Source of the DNA: Mytilus californianus
Taxonomy: Eukaryota
NCBI RefSeq assembly: GCF_021869535.1
Contig: NW_026262668.1
Coordinates: 27,838,001 to 27,902,000 of the forward strand
Length of the DNA stretch: 64,000 bases
Direction of reading: 5' to 3'
Part shown: positions 39,281-53,200 of the stretch, one piece after another
Numbering within the stretch: the first letter of the stretch is position 1
How the letters are laid out: every line of letters begins with the position of its first letter
The notes under the pieces: model-generated
What the model saw: the letters and a program-made list of their open reading frames with translations, nothing else
Databases searched by the model: none
What the model was told of the DNA's origin: nothing
Made by a program: the position numbers and the translations under genes

Positions 39281-40736
39281 GTTGCCGTGAAAAGTAAGTA
39301 TAGGAGCTGGATACCATGCGGCTTTAATACTTCAAAGTTTTTGATTTTGTAAATGATCATTCCAGGTTTTTCAAAAATTTTGCATATGAAATATAGACAT
39401 TTAATCATACATGAGAACGGAAAAAATAAACGTTATTTTTATAAAAACCGTTTTTGAAAATACTAAATTATAGATTAGAACAGTGTAAGGCCTGTTGTAA
39501 CACAATTTGGATTCGAACAATACTCTAATTATTACATACAGACAAATGTGTACTTCATTAATAGACTTTACATTTTGTTATACAATCATATTTGACATTC
39601 GTACATGTACTACTTCAATTACGCTGATACATGTATATTGCATCAAAGTAATAACATTGTACAGACAAGGAAGATCGAACAATTATATATAAAAACTATG
39701 AAAGAAATAGAAAGGAGAGATTCCACCAGGTCTATTGCATCAAATTAATAACCTTGTACAGACAAGGAAGATCGAACAATATATAAAAACTATGAAAGAA
39801 ATAGAAAGGAGAGATTCCACCAGGTCTCCCCTCTCGTGGGTAGGCAGGAATTCATTCAACATCAGAATTCATACTCATCAACTGAGTCTTTCTGTTGTAT
39901 TGTTTATTATAGTTTTTAGAAGAATTCTTTGACTACTCTATCTATTGCTAGTATTCCATAATTATAAGCCTTATTCAATGTTGACTTTCGGCTTCATTTA
40001 GTGGTCACGACACCCTTTAATTTCGTTTTACTAAATGGAAAGAAACTAAATATACCACAGTTTCACGGATATCCGGGTGATAAAAAAAAAACGCATTCCT
40101 AATATAAATTCAACCGCCGTCAATCGAAATTCCTCTTCTTAATTCAGCACTTTTCGCAATTGTGTCAAGGATGGCAATGCCCCTGCAGCCAGATTATCAA
40201 ACAAAAATATCCACAAACATTCCAGTGCAATGCCAGAAAATGACAAACCTGCTCTAGATGATCTTCTCACGATGCTGTTTGATCAACCGTGAACGGGAGA
40301 GCTTTTTCACTCTCCTTTTCCTTTAAAATTACTTGAAAAACAAAAGATTTATTTATCGGGTTATTTCAACCTAGCCAAAAGTTGGTATACAATATATTTC
40401 TGTGGAACAAGCATGACGGGATTTTTTTTTGAAGAACATAGGAACATTAAAACCGCTTCCGAAAACCTACAAAATCTAAAAGTTTGAAAACACAATCACA
40501 ATATTTAATTGATAAAATTCCAACAACTCGAAACGATCAAGAAATAAACAAGGACAATGATAAACAATTTGAAGATTCCAGCTATAATTTGAGAACTGTC
40601 TTGGATTAAGCGACTGAAGACAGCATATCCCCTCGGTCTTTATGACAATATAATGGGGCAAGTCAACCTATCTTGGACTTCCTCAATGCTCCAAACCTTC
40701 GTACTTTATTTCGCCTTTTTAAATTTTTTGATTCGA

Positions 40737-40780
40737 GCGTCACTGATGAGTCTTCTGTAGACGAAACGAGCATCTCGCGT
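40737..40780 (+). ncRNA. Type I hammerhead ribozyme motif, core intact, stems I/III degenerate
   Basis: GCGUCA-CUGAUGA-GUCU(UCUGU)AGAC-GAAA-CGAGCAUC-UCGCGU. Confidence 0.65.
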
Positions 40781-40944
40781 ACAATATTTGAATCCTGGTA
40801 TCTATGAGTTTATTTACAACCACTGGGTCGATGCCACTGCTGGAGAAAGTTTATATCCAAGGGTATCACAAGCCCAGTAGTCAGCACTTCCGTGTTGACA
40901 TGAATTATCATTGATATGGTCACAATTATAAATCAACTGATTAA

Positions 40945-41580
40945 TTTTTTTTTATTGTCGTATAAACTTTACAGTTTGTGACCAACATGTATTAACACAA
41001 TAAACATATATACATACATATCAAACATACACAATAAAAAGCAGCATCAAAATTTATAAAAACAAACAAGCTTTTAAGAGTCCCCTGCCCTCAGTTCTAA
41101 TGACTTTTTCAAGAAGGATCCTAACTTATTTGTTTGTAAAGGCGTTGATGGATTTAGTAAATAATGATTTTTTTCTTCTTTATTTAAATTGTTAAAGTTA
41201 TTATTTTCAGTACATATGTGTTCAAAAAAGGCATTTCTTAGTGTTTTATTATAATCACAATAGAGTAAAAAATGTTTCTCATCGTCTAGTATTTTACGTT
41301 TATGACAAAGTCGTTCCTCTCTAGGGATTTTAAAATATCTTCCCTTTTCAATTAAGAGGGAGTGATCACTTAGTCTAAATTTAGTGATCAATCTCCTTAT
41401 CTGAAAATTAGATATATTAAGATAAGATTCTAGTTTGCAATCTTTTTTAAGTTTTTTATATATCAATGTTTTCAAATTTAGTTTCAATTAAATCTTCATA
41501 TCTATTTTTCATTTTTAACTTTATATCGTTTTTTTATCTTTTTTACATCTTTTATGTTCTTAATGTCTTTTATGTCCTTA
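40945..41580 (-). mobile_element. 5'-truncated LINE 3' end (ORF2 C-terminal Cys/His region)
   Basis: ORF 41074-41487 RRLITKFRLSDHSLLIEKGRY...ERLC...DEKHFLLYC; A-rich tail near 40950. Confidence 0.8.
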
Positions 41581-41736
41581 TTATAAAACTTTGAATTTTT
41601 CGAAATACTTAGGATCTTCTACCCCAAGGATAGATTTCATTAGCTGTATTTGAAAATAAAAAACTTTCGGAATTTTGGATCCTCAATGCTCTTTAACTTC
41701 GTACTTTATTTGGCCTTCTTCATTTTTTTTATTCGA

Positions 41737-41780
41737 GCGTCACTGATAAGTCTTATGGAGACGAAACGCGCGTCTGGCGT
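41737..41780 (+). ncRNA. Type I hammerhead ribozyme motif with core substitution CUGAUAA
   Basis: GCGUCA-CUGAUAA-GUCU(UAUGG)AGAC-GAAA-CGCGCGUC-UGGCGU; stems intact, GUC triplet. Confidence 0.65.
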
Positions 41781-41889
41781 ACAAAATTTGAATCCTGGTA
41801 TCTATGAGTTTATTTATTCGATGATTATGTTATAATCAACGAAATAAAGACGGGATTATGGTAATTTTAATAATTGATAAATTAGATGA

Positions 41890-42350
41890 GATCACATTTA
41901 GCGTGAATTGGGATTGTGGGTGATTTCAATCTCCTTCCAACTCTGAAAAAAAATGTCAAGGCACAAATATCTGAGTTTGTATCACTACCATTTCATACTA
42001 TAGACTGATCATGTTTGACTACTTTCCGAGACAAAGTTTTTACCATTGCGGACACGCATATCCAACACAAACATACTCGATTGCGATACACCAATCCATG
42101 GATGAAAAATGAAACACGCAGACTTGCACGGCGTAAAGACCGCACATTTAAAAAGGCAAACTATACAAAAAGTGCGAGAGAAACTCAGAGATGTAAACAA
42201 CTTAAAGCAGTATATATGTCATCGTAAGATCAGACGTGCTTACAGCAATACATCCAAAATTCATCAATCCTGCAGCAAAGCAGAACCCTAAACAGTGTTG
42301 GCCTTTTGTGAAGAATGGAAAACGGACGCCTCAGGCATGGATCCGAGACG
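41890..42350 (+). mobile_element. Degenerate CR1/L2-type LINE ORF2 fragment (endonuclease end and linker)
   Basis: WIVGDFNL motif near 41912; PWMKNETRRLARRKDRTFKKA linker motif. Confidence 0.65.
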
Positions 42351-42944
42351 GAACAAAGATGATATTGTTTTGGTTAACATGTTTCTTACTCAATATAACT
42401 GTGTACGCCTGTTCATATATTATATTTATTCAGGTTTATAAACATTTAGGCGGGTTTTCAAAGGTGTTGCTGACGAACCGATAAACAAATCAATTCTTGA
42501 TGTAAAATGAATTATCGTGAAAAGAACATTAAAATTGACGCCGAAATAACTTGCATTCATATTTTACATACATAATGTCCTTTTTTAAAATTGTCAACCT
42601 GGGTTTTTTTTTTTGCGATACTTTAAGATACTGCATCATTAAAACAAAATAACAAATGTTATCAAAAGAAATTTAGAATCTCATTTCAAAATGATATTCA
42701 AGATTTGATACGTTATCTGTAAAACGCCTGATTCATCCTTAATACTGTAACGTGACCGAGGGGAGGAACGACAACGAAAAAGACGGACGGACATAGCCAT
42801 CTATGTCACGACAATATATCCTGTGGTAAATTCCCAGTAACTAAATAATACGGTTTATATATATAAGTTTATTAACAAATGTACATTACTTCCGACTTAT
42901 TGACAAAGTTAGCTACAAAGTTTAAACATATAAACATGATAAAC

Positions 42945-44243
42945 TTAAATAAAATGCTCCGCTGGGCGCAGCTTGATACGACCGCAGAGGTCGAACCCTG
43001 AACAGTTGGGGCAAGTATGGACACAACATTCAAGCTTGATACAGCACTGAATTTGGATTGTGATTAAATATTTGACACAGCACAGGTTTCTGACACAGAA
43101 TGAATGTGGTCTAAGAACTTAAGAATTTTTAATTTACCTTTTCAAACCTTATCATTATTTTTTGCTTTTATATATAAATCAGAAATGACCAATTTAAAAT
43201 GGAAAATTTAAAAAAAAAAAAAATCCCCCCCCCAATTTTTTGATCCCCCTTATGATTCATCACCCCCAAACTCAATTCCCTTTGTGGTATGGTACTTGCA
43301 GTACAATTTCCGAGAGATCCATACACTTGAACACAAGTTATTGTCTGGAAACTAGAAAAATGCTTGTTTTTTTGCCCCTTTTTTGCCCCAAATTCCTAAA
43401 CGTTTAGGGCAATTACCCCCAAACTCAAACCCAGCTTTCCCTTTGTGATATGGAACCTTGTAGTACAATTTCATAAAGATGCATACACTTACACACAAGT
43501 TATTGTCCTGAAACTAGAAAAATTTGTTTTTTGCCCCTTTTTTTGCCCCTAATTCCTTAAATTTTCAAGCAATTACCCCCAAAATCAATCCACGCCTTCC
43601 CTTTGTGGTATGGTACCTTGCAGTACAATTTCAGAGAGATCCATACACTTGAACACAAGTTATTGTCATGAAACTAGAAAAATGCTTATTTTTGGCCCCT
43701 TTTTGGCCCCTTATTCCTAAACGTTTTGAGCATTTACCCCCAAACTCAATTCCAGCTTTCCCTTTGTGATATAGAACCTTGTAGTACAATTTCAGAAAGA
43801 TCCATACACTTACACACAAGTTATTGTCATGAAACTAGAAAAATGCTTGTTTTTTGCCCCTTTTTAGGCCCCTAATTCCTAATAGTTTGAAGCAATTACC
43901 CCCAAAATCAATCCCAGCATTCCCTGTGTGATATTGAACCTTTTGGTACAATGTCAGAGAGATCCATACACTAACACACAAGTTATGTCTGGAAGTTACA
44001 AAAATGCTTATTTTTGGCCCCTTTTTGGCCCCTAATTCCATAACTGTTGGTACCATAACCCCCAAAATCAATCCCAACCTTCCTTTTGTGGTATTAAACC
44101 TTTTGGTAAAATTTCATAGAGATCCATTCACTTAAACTAAAGTTAGATTGCGAAAACCAATGTGTCTTCGGCCGACGATGACGACGACTACAACGACGAC
44201 GACGACCGCAAAATTTTGCAAAATTTTTGCGGTCGTATAAAAA
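42945..44243 (+). mobile_element. Helentron-type non-autonomous element (HINE) with an internal 160-161 bp tandem array
   Basis: SubTIR TACGACCGC near 42977 and GCGGTCGTA near 44229; (GAC)n microsatellite; 3' hairpin GACCGCAAAA..TTTTGCGGTC; five and a half repeats at 43279-44160. Confidence 0.75.
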
Positions 44244-46548
44244 CAAGTCCTCCAGAATCTTTACTGATTCAAGACTTAAGGAATATACATCCTTTCAGTA
44301 TCACAGCTGATACACAATCTGCCAGTATCTTGACCAACTGACCTTTATCAGAAAGTTTAATTACTTTCACTCTTAGACAAAACAAATAGGCATAACTAAT
44401 TCTATTACCCTACACCCCAAGACATCGTTACTTGTCTTAATTACATCTGACAGTTCAACTGTAACTGCAGATAATAAAACTAGCCATTTGTCAAATTAGC
44501 CTTGCATCATTAATTTTCTCTCTGTACACAAATAAACAGTTATAAAGCCAAACTAACTAGGGGTCAATATTTACAAAACATTAAAATATTACAATACAGT
44601 TAAGATTAATCAAACAATTATTATTTTTTTTTTTTTTTTAGATTTAATATTTATTTCTGGCATTATTATTTTATTTTCGCTATTGTTGTTGCTTTAATAA
44701 TTACGTCACACTTGTACTTTTGTATTCCTTTTGTTTGTATGACTCTTCACGTGGCTCGGTACATGTGCATCCAGCTTTCAGACTTTGTGCGTTCCTAATA
44801 CTAGTGGGTCCAGCAATTTGATTCGGACACATGAGGATTTAATAGGGTATATGAACCGATGAAGTTATTTTAATTAAGATAATCTGTTTGATGTCACAAT
44901 AAGAAGCAATCAAATTAATATGTACTAGTATGACAAAATATTCATTACGTTCAAATATCAAACAGTACTGTACATAGTGTAACGAGTTACATCCTCAAAA
45001 ACAAAATACAACACAATACAAACGCATAAAACGACAGAGTGTAGATGTAGTACTGTGACTTCAAATAACTTTAACCCAGTTCTATGAATAATAGTTCAGG
45101 GGAAAATTACGAGCCACTTGGGTATACGACGGCATCATAAGAAACATAAAGTATAAATTAAAAACCTCACATAATGTGCATTTAATGACAAAGCGAGACT
45201 TGAAAAATCATTGACAAGAGTTCGAAGCATAATTCAAAGAGCAACGTGTAACTTCGAAATGCCTCTCTATGCGTGACATGTTGTGCATTTGCCCATCCCA
45301 TGTCAAACAAATGTAACTCAACTATCCCTCCTCCTTAATTTTATTTATTGGCATCTTGAGCGCTGGCCCAGCCAATGCTTACAGTGTGCTCACTTTGCAA
45401 TCTGAGAAAGACCATTTTCATAATAAACGTGTATTCAAAAAGAAGTGTTAAATGATAAACAAATGAATTGTTAACCAGACAAGAGGTTTCCTAGAAACCC
45501 GTTTTTTAGAGATTACTGACAACTCAGCTAATAATCTTTTGACAAGTAAAGAATAGGTAAAATCCGTTCTTACATGCTCAAATGAAATAAGTTACACATG
45601 TTGCCCTTTAAACGCATTTTTTGTCCGCAAAAGTATTCCGAGATAGCGATAGCACAAAACAAAAGAAAACGAGAGATTAAAAAAATAATTTAAGCTTGGT
45701 TTGGCTATTCACATAAATATCAAAAACTTCGTATTAAATCATAAACGGGAGGAAGCAATTTTCAACGACCTGCATTTATTTGAATAATATAGTGCTACTA
45801 TTATTGTAAATGAATGCACTGTAGATAATACTATGTATACTATGTAGTATCAACATTTGTGTTATCTATATTATACTCCAATATAGATCCTTAATAAAAT
45901 AAAACAAATTCAAGTTGACCCTATTTATTAGCTAAATGTCAGACCCTATCCAGACTGGATAACATTTGTACAGTGTCCACAAAAGGCAGCACAATATTGA
46001 TGTGAAATAGGGTTGGCACAAATGTTTGTTGAATTAAGTATTAAGCAATCTACGTTGGGTTTATCTTGACAAACGACTGAAACAAAAAGAAAAGGATACA
46101 ATTACTGTACTGAATGATTGGTGTATAATCATTTGATCTTACCGTCTGCATTTTAATTTGCATTGCCTCCATTTAGGACAATTAACATAAGGAAGGGAAT
46201 GACGTGAATAATATAGGAATTCTTTGATAATGATTTTCAGTTTGAATGCTTTTTCCTTTAAGTAATTAAACATAATATTTTTTGTTTGTGTGTATGCTTA
46301 TCCGGCTTCTGTTACATATGATACTGACGTTGCCTACTGTTGAAAACCGTACGCTAACCTCTAGATGGCGTTTCTACTTATTTTATTCTTAGAATGCTAT
46401 ATTATTACATATTCCCACATTTATTTTAATTTATTTTCAAATAAAAGATTATGAATCTTAACTTTTCCATTGATTTGTATTTTCTGTCCAAAATATTTAA
46501 TGTGGCGCGTATTGAAAATTGTTTGGATTAAGAATAAAGAAGAACGTT

Positions 46549-46585
46549 GTGCAGCGCAACGGGTGCACGTGTTCTGGTTACTAGT
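46549..46585 (+). mobile_element. Helitron-like 3' terminus
   Basis: GC-rich hairpin GTGCA-gcgcaacggg-TGCAC, 12 nt upstream of CTAG followed by T; 5' end not located. Confidence 0.4.
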
Positions 46586-47290
46586 ATCTTACATGTTGTT
46601 TCGTTATTTTGGATAAACATGAAAGAACAGTTGTAAACAACACCAAAAGATTAACACGTTGGGGTTAATATTTTATAATAACGATGAGAGAGGATTTAGC
46701 GAAGTAACAAGGTCTGCATTGAATGGGAAATCACGTACATTGGTACAAATAAATTCAGTGTTTGTTAGTTAAAGACAATAGGAATGAAAATTACATTTTC
46801 ACGTAATATAATGCTTTGTTAAGGAAATCGTGCGACATAATGGTTTTTCCTTACGAAGGTGCAACATATGTGTGTTTTTTCTCAATAATTGTTAACAAAG
46901 ACTCATCTTAATTTCATTTACAGTAAATTTGAATTAATATAACATATATGTAGCATTATCATAAAAACATATCAATAGTGACTTTATTTTAATAGATTAA
47001 TCCATTGTTTTCTATGTGTCGTTGATGAGAAGAACTTCAAAATGGATGATTGGTTTTCATATGATATAAAAATTAGGGAAAACACCATATTTCAAATGTT
47101 AAGGCTAGAAAAAACCACATATTTTATAAATAATTGATACGAATAACCTCAGTTTTGCACCGGTTGACCTAATTCTAAGTGAAAAACAATCCATTCTTGT
47201 CACTAATGTGAGATTTTCTAACACAAAAAATGCAGAAACCCTTTGTTTTTCCTTTAATGGAATCCAATATAAAAAACGGGGTATACGTAC

Positions 47291-50200
47291 CTGTACTTGA
47301 AACTACAGGAAGTGTTGTTGGCTGTATGAATAAGTTAATTTGGTCAGGTTTAGGATGTAGATTACATGGGGTCATTGTATTAGATTCACAGCAATAATGA
47401 CAAAGAATCTTATTTCCCGTCTTAGAAGCTTCAATACCGGTCATATTTCCCGTCAAGCAGGCGTTGGTTCTTCTCGACTGTAACCATTTTCCTTTACACT
47501 GCTCTTTTGATGCACATCTGAAAAAAATGTTTGTTACTTCGCCTTATCCATAAAATAATTGTTTATCGTGATACATCTAAGTTCGTAGACTCCTGTACAT
47601 TTAAATTACTCGGAAAATATTCAACCAGCAAATGCAGCAAGCAGATACATGTATCTTTTCGGGGTTTTTTTTTTTTGTGTCTGTGGGTTGCTTTCTCATT
47701 GGCTTGTACACTATTTCTGCTATACACATACATTTTAATATCTTTTTTTTTTCATTTGCTTTGCAGATGGATCTTGTGCTTTCTGTATTGAATATAGGTT
47801 TACTTTGTTGTGGCGTTGATCTATTTTCATTTTACAATTAAATTATTAACATATTTTTGACATTGTCTTTCCTATATATCTAGTTAAGAAACCCATATAC
47901 CAAATCGTTAGGTCAGTGATTCGACATTCACATGATTTGTATCATACATTTCTATAATGTTCCGTTGAGAATTTATAAAGAAACGTAAGGATCCAACCCA
48001 TTCCTTCAAAGCTGATTATAGATTTTGGGGGCACAATTATAGTCATTCTACTGACACGTTTAACGCATATACTGTTTCCTTTGTTTGAGAGGAAGTTCGA
48101 CCTTTACCAAAATGATGTTGTTTTATTATTTTGTATTGATGACAGGGTGTTTTTGACAATGCATGCATTATTTCTTTCGTAAGGTGCTTGATTTTGTTTT
48201 TAATTCCAGAAAAAATAACCGTTTATTAGCGAAAATTTATACAGAACCTTCTAAAATCCCTAGTGATTAGGTTCTGAGTTGTCGGATCTGTGTCATAAAC
48301 CACATCATTGAGACAGAATCTTTCTGAAGGAGGACAATCTTGTACCTTATTCCCATTTTGTGGACCGGTTACAACACATTTGTAGGCTGCAAAAATCGAA
48401 GAATTGAACATTTGGTGAATAAATCGGTAAACTGAGCAAAAATAAAAATATAGAAATCGATGATTTTTTTCAATCGTATAAATTAAATAAACCGTGTTAA
48501 TTTCCATCATCGAATAGCAAACAACAAATAAAAATTCTACGGACGCATTCACCTGTTGGTTCATCGTTATGGAATATTTGGTTCACAGATGACGACAGAT
48601 ATGTTCCAATTGTCGTAACTACATTGTGTTCAGTAGAAATCTATTAAAGTATTTTTAAGTGAACTTTTGTAATATATCATATTATATCATATACCTCTGT
48701 TTTGAGTTTGACCTAAGTTTATTAAGGTTGTTGGTTTTTCAGTCACTGCATTGCAAGGTTTGCCATGTGATTCCTGACAACAGTATGTACACACACCACT
48801 TTTAATACAGTCAGTGCTGTTACCAGTGCCAACCCAGTAGTCCCAATAACACTCAACCCTGCTTGCACACCTTATAAAATATACATATGTATTAACAAAC
48901 TTTGCGTAAAGGTTAATTTACTGATCGGGTTTAAGGGGAGGATTGATATCTCACAAAACAAGTTTAATCCCACCATTTTATATGCCTGTTCAAGGAATGG
49001 AATCTCGTCATTATTGGTTTGTCATATCTTAATGTTATACGTTATTAGCAGTGTCGGTGTTGATAGCAGATCTTTGATATCTTTCTATCAAATATATTCA
49101 CTACTTTAATAAATAAGATTAACAATCTGACATATTTTTAGGCACCTGCCTGTTGTTGAAGACAGTATGTTGTCCTCTCGGTGTCTTCCGATTATTTTTG
49201 TAGTTTCGATTGCTCTCATTAAATTATATCCTAGATCGTTTTTTAATCATATACTGTAACCTATATTTACATATTTGCAGCCTTTTATAACTGGTTAGGA
49301 ATATTAATCGACCTAATGAATACGAAATTCAGTCATTATTCGATACGCGTTTTTGAAAGAAATTTCGATAAAATTTCAGCGAGGTTATAAGTGAAAAAAG
49401 ATATTAATAAAAGAAGATGTGGAGTTAACAAAATTACTTGTAAATGGAATTTTGTTCATTTTGATTTTAGCAGCATCTAAAAAGTCTTCACCTACAAATG
49501 TTATGTCTTGTTAAGACTTTTAAGTTATTTTTAATATATTTTCTTTTTGTTAATTCGCCTCTCTTTTTCAGTAGTGATTGCAGTCAACCAAGTACTGTTC
49601 AGTAGGTTTTTTTAAGGCAATTCAGTATGGTATTGTTTTATACAGGTAAATAATGACTACTAAACAGTCTGAACTGATCTTAATTGACTGCCAGCTAGTT
49701 ATCTGAACAGTACTAAATTTACAGCATGGCATAAGTCTGAAAATTAACTGAAACACTAAACATTGCTTGATAATTTCTTCTTGAGTCATTTTAACAGCTG
49801 CTCAAATCAAAATGACCGTTTCAATTCAAAATTAATAAACCTTTGAGAGCACGCTCACATACCCCATGACCCCACATTGTCACTTGGCAAACAAAATATC
49901 ACCAGATTCCTACGTTCAAAGACTCATAACTCCTACAAAAGTCGAATGATAAAAAATTCATGTGGATATGCACATCTACACAGTATGTCCTAATTATTTA
50001 CAAAGTTTCATGAAATTCTGTTGTGTAGATTCAGAGGAGTTGCGATGACAAACTGTTGCAGTAGATTTGATTTGATTTTTGGTGTTTAACGCCACCTTTA
50101 AGCACCGCTTTTGGGCTATTTCGTGGCGGCCAGTTTTTATTGGTGGAGGAAGCCGGAGTGCCCGGGGAAAACCACCGACCTTCGATAGGAAAACTGACAA

Positions 50201-53200
50201 TCCTAGCCAAATAAGATTGGAGTCGAGTGCACCCGCACGAGCGGGGTTCGAACTCACAACCTCAGTGTTGACTGGCTAGTGATTACAGAAGTAACTACTT
50301 AAACCACTCGGCCACCGAGGCCCCTTGTTGCAGTAGAATATTTATGCCAAAATTCTATGTTCAAATAGGCATAACTTCTAGAAAAAAAAATTAAATCATA
50401 ATTTCCTGTCGATATGCACATTACAAAGGGTGTCCTAATTATCCTCAACGTTTCAAGCAATTCTGTCGTGTGGATTCAGAGGAGTTGAGATGACAAACTG
50501 TTGCAGAAGTACATTAAGGCCAAAATTCTAAGTTCAAAGGGCATAACTCCTGGAAAAAAATTTGAATCATAATTTCCTGTCGATATGCACATCTACATAG
50601 TATGTCCTTGTTATCTATAAAGTTTCATGAAATTTTGTTGTGTGGTTTCAGAGGAGTTGCGATGACAAGGACAGGACTGACGGACTGACGGACATACGGA
50701 CTTACGGGTCAAAAACTTTATACCCGACGGAACTTTGTTCCGTGGGGTATAATTAGTTTACTAGTGATAAGAAATCACATATACAAAAAAAACAAAATCC
50801 CTACCGTATACATTTATTATAAAACATACGTATAAATGTTCTTTCATCAACTGTGAGCATTATTATTTTTTTTTTAACTTGATGTGATCTACTACAGTCA
50901 TGTATTTGGAACTGAACATGTTGATGCATGTGAAATAATTGCGCTCTACTTTGTTTTACGATGGTCGTGCTTCATCTCAAAAGCAACGCCAAAACTATAC
51001 AAAAAGATGCGATCATGAGCAATTCCCAGAATAAACTGTACAGAATGTCAATGATGAAAAAAGAAGCAGTTTTGTATGGCTTCAATTTTAAAATTAACGA
51101 ATTGATGTTCATCCCAAAACACAAGACCCAATGAACTACAAAAGTATGGTTATAAACTTTATTGATAATTTGATAAAGTCAGAAAAAATAAGTTGATGGT
51201 CATATCTTAAACTTGTTAGTTTTTTTTTCTAATAGTATCATAAAGTCTGATGAAAAATAACCCTTTTTTCTTAATTTGCCTATAATTTGCCATTAGACGT
51301 TAAGCAACCATCAATCAATCATCAATCAATAATATCCTTGTAGTTAGAATCATACTCTTACAATACATTTCCATATTATAGCTGAATTTTTAATTTCTGC
51401 AACAGCTATAGTCCAACCAAGATTTATGGAAAGACCATTTTCAAATTTTTATTTGATGCATAATTGTCATAACTAATGTAACATTGATTTCAGGATCATA
51501 AATAACATGATCTAATTCTATGGGTGTTTATATCCTACCTGTTAATATATTGGAAAGGTTTTGTTGCTCCAAATATGTATACAATTTTAGCCACTTTACG
51601 ATAACCAATCAACAGTCATTTTATTAAATTCTAAAACTAAGTTCTTTCTCCTTATTCATGTTATTGCAAAGTAGGCATTGGTCTGACCTTTTACCAGGAT
51701 TAATACGGCAGGTATTGTTAGTTGAACAGGAGATGTTGACCCTTTCGAAACACCTCACTATTTTTGGGATTTAATATCGATGTCCATGTTGCAAAACCAT
51801 TAGTTTTTTTGTAGTGATTTGTGGACGTTTTTGTTGTCTGTTCATCCTTTTTTTGTGGGAAAAGTGTATCTGTCTTTCTTCAAATTATGGTTGTGGTATC
51901 ATCCCTTTGATATCTTTCCCTCTCTTAAACATGTTAAACATAATTTCTGAGATTGTAATTTGAAAGACTTTCACTTTGAAATTGCTTATTTCAGTTGTTT
52001 GTATTTTTGGGGTGTTCGATTTTTTTTTCTTTATGGGGTATTATTGACTTTTAACTTATTCCTAATTAATATACGTGATGAAACTTTGTCCGATGCTTGT
52101 AAATGTACCTAGAAAATTCTTATGATATATATATATATATCTATATATCACATCCAATCTTTTATAGTAATATTCTATAGCAAGCACAAAAATGTCGACA
52201 TTCACCTCAAAAGCTAACCAAACCTTCAAACAGAATTATTCAGAGGGGATATAGTTACGATACTGTTGTCGGGTCATTAAAGATGGCATATTTTGGTATT
52301 AATATTGATTCACTCATAGGGTCTTTGCATCGGAAATAAACACATTTATTCTAAAACCAGTTGTTGACATAATACGGGTTATGTTCTTATCATATATTTT
52401 ATGATGGTATGATACTAAACCCCTAATGGGAGGGATTGTGCTTGATTTTCATATGATGAAGACATACTCTTTCAATCAGTTTAATTGAGGTCTGGAGCTG
52501 GCATGTCAGTAACTGCTAGTAGTCCTTTGTTAATTTATGTATCATAGTCATTTTGCTTAGTTTCTTTTGTTACCTATTCTGACATCGGACTCGGACTTCT
52601 TTTAAAATGAGTTTTACGGTGCGGGTGCGGGATTTTCTCGCTGTGTTGAAGACCCATTGGTGGCCTTCGGCTGTTTTCTGCTCTTTGGTCGGGTTGTTCA
52701 ATATTGTCTCTTTGACACATTCCCCATTTCCATTCTCAATTTTATATTATTTACCTATGAAGAGTTTTTGTCCATTTACCATTACGATATATGATTTCAT
52801 TGAGACAATAAGGTCTCTCACCACTGCACACAGAATAATCCATAGAGGAACAAGAATTACTTTGATCTTCTGTACACACTAAACATGTGGTGCTATTTAC
52901 TATAAAATAAAAGAATGACAGTGAGATAATTTTAACGGGAGGGGTTATTTTACAATATAAAAGAAAGTGTTGCAAGTTATAATAAAATAATAACTTTATA
53001 TTCCAATATCAAAACTGAAAATTTTATGAAGAAATTAGCTGTCAAATTGACAGCAAACTGGGCGCTTTCATGCATGTTTGACCTGTCACCTTATGTGCCT
53101 ATTTCCTAATTTATCAAGGACCATAATTCATGAGCGGCAAAAAGGAAATCATCAATTTGAAATTGACCTTCATTTTGATATCAGAAGCAACGTATTAGAA

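Larger units (their letters stand above)
40670..41820 (+). mobile_element. Retrozyme-like element interrupted by a LINE fragment
   Basis: Two hammerheads 1000 bp apart; removing the roughly 640-bp LINE insert leaves a monomer of about 360 bp. The body is homologous to the 61.6-kb monomer (gggtcgat...gagggtatca...cagtagtcagcacttc). Confidence 0.65.

Noticed and set aside
43279-44160. Regular repeat array as a possible CRISPR
   Set aside because: Contiguous monomers of about 161 bp with no unique spacers, eukaryotic context, HINE termini.
50240-50325. tRNA-like sequence with A and B boxes
   Set aside because: It is the head of a SINE with body, tail and TSD, and I see no complete cloverleaf.
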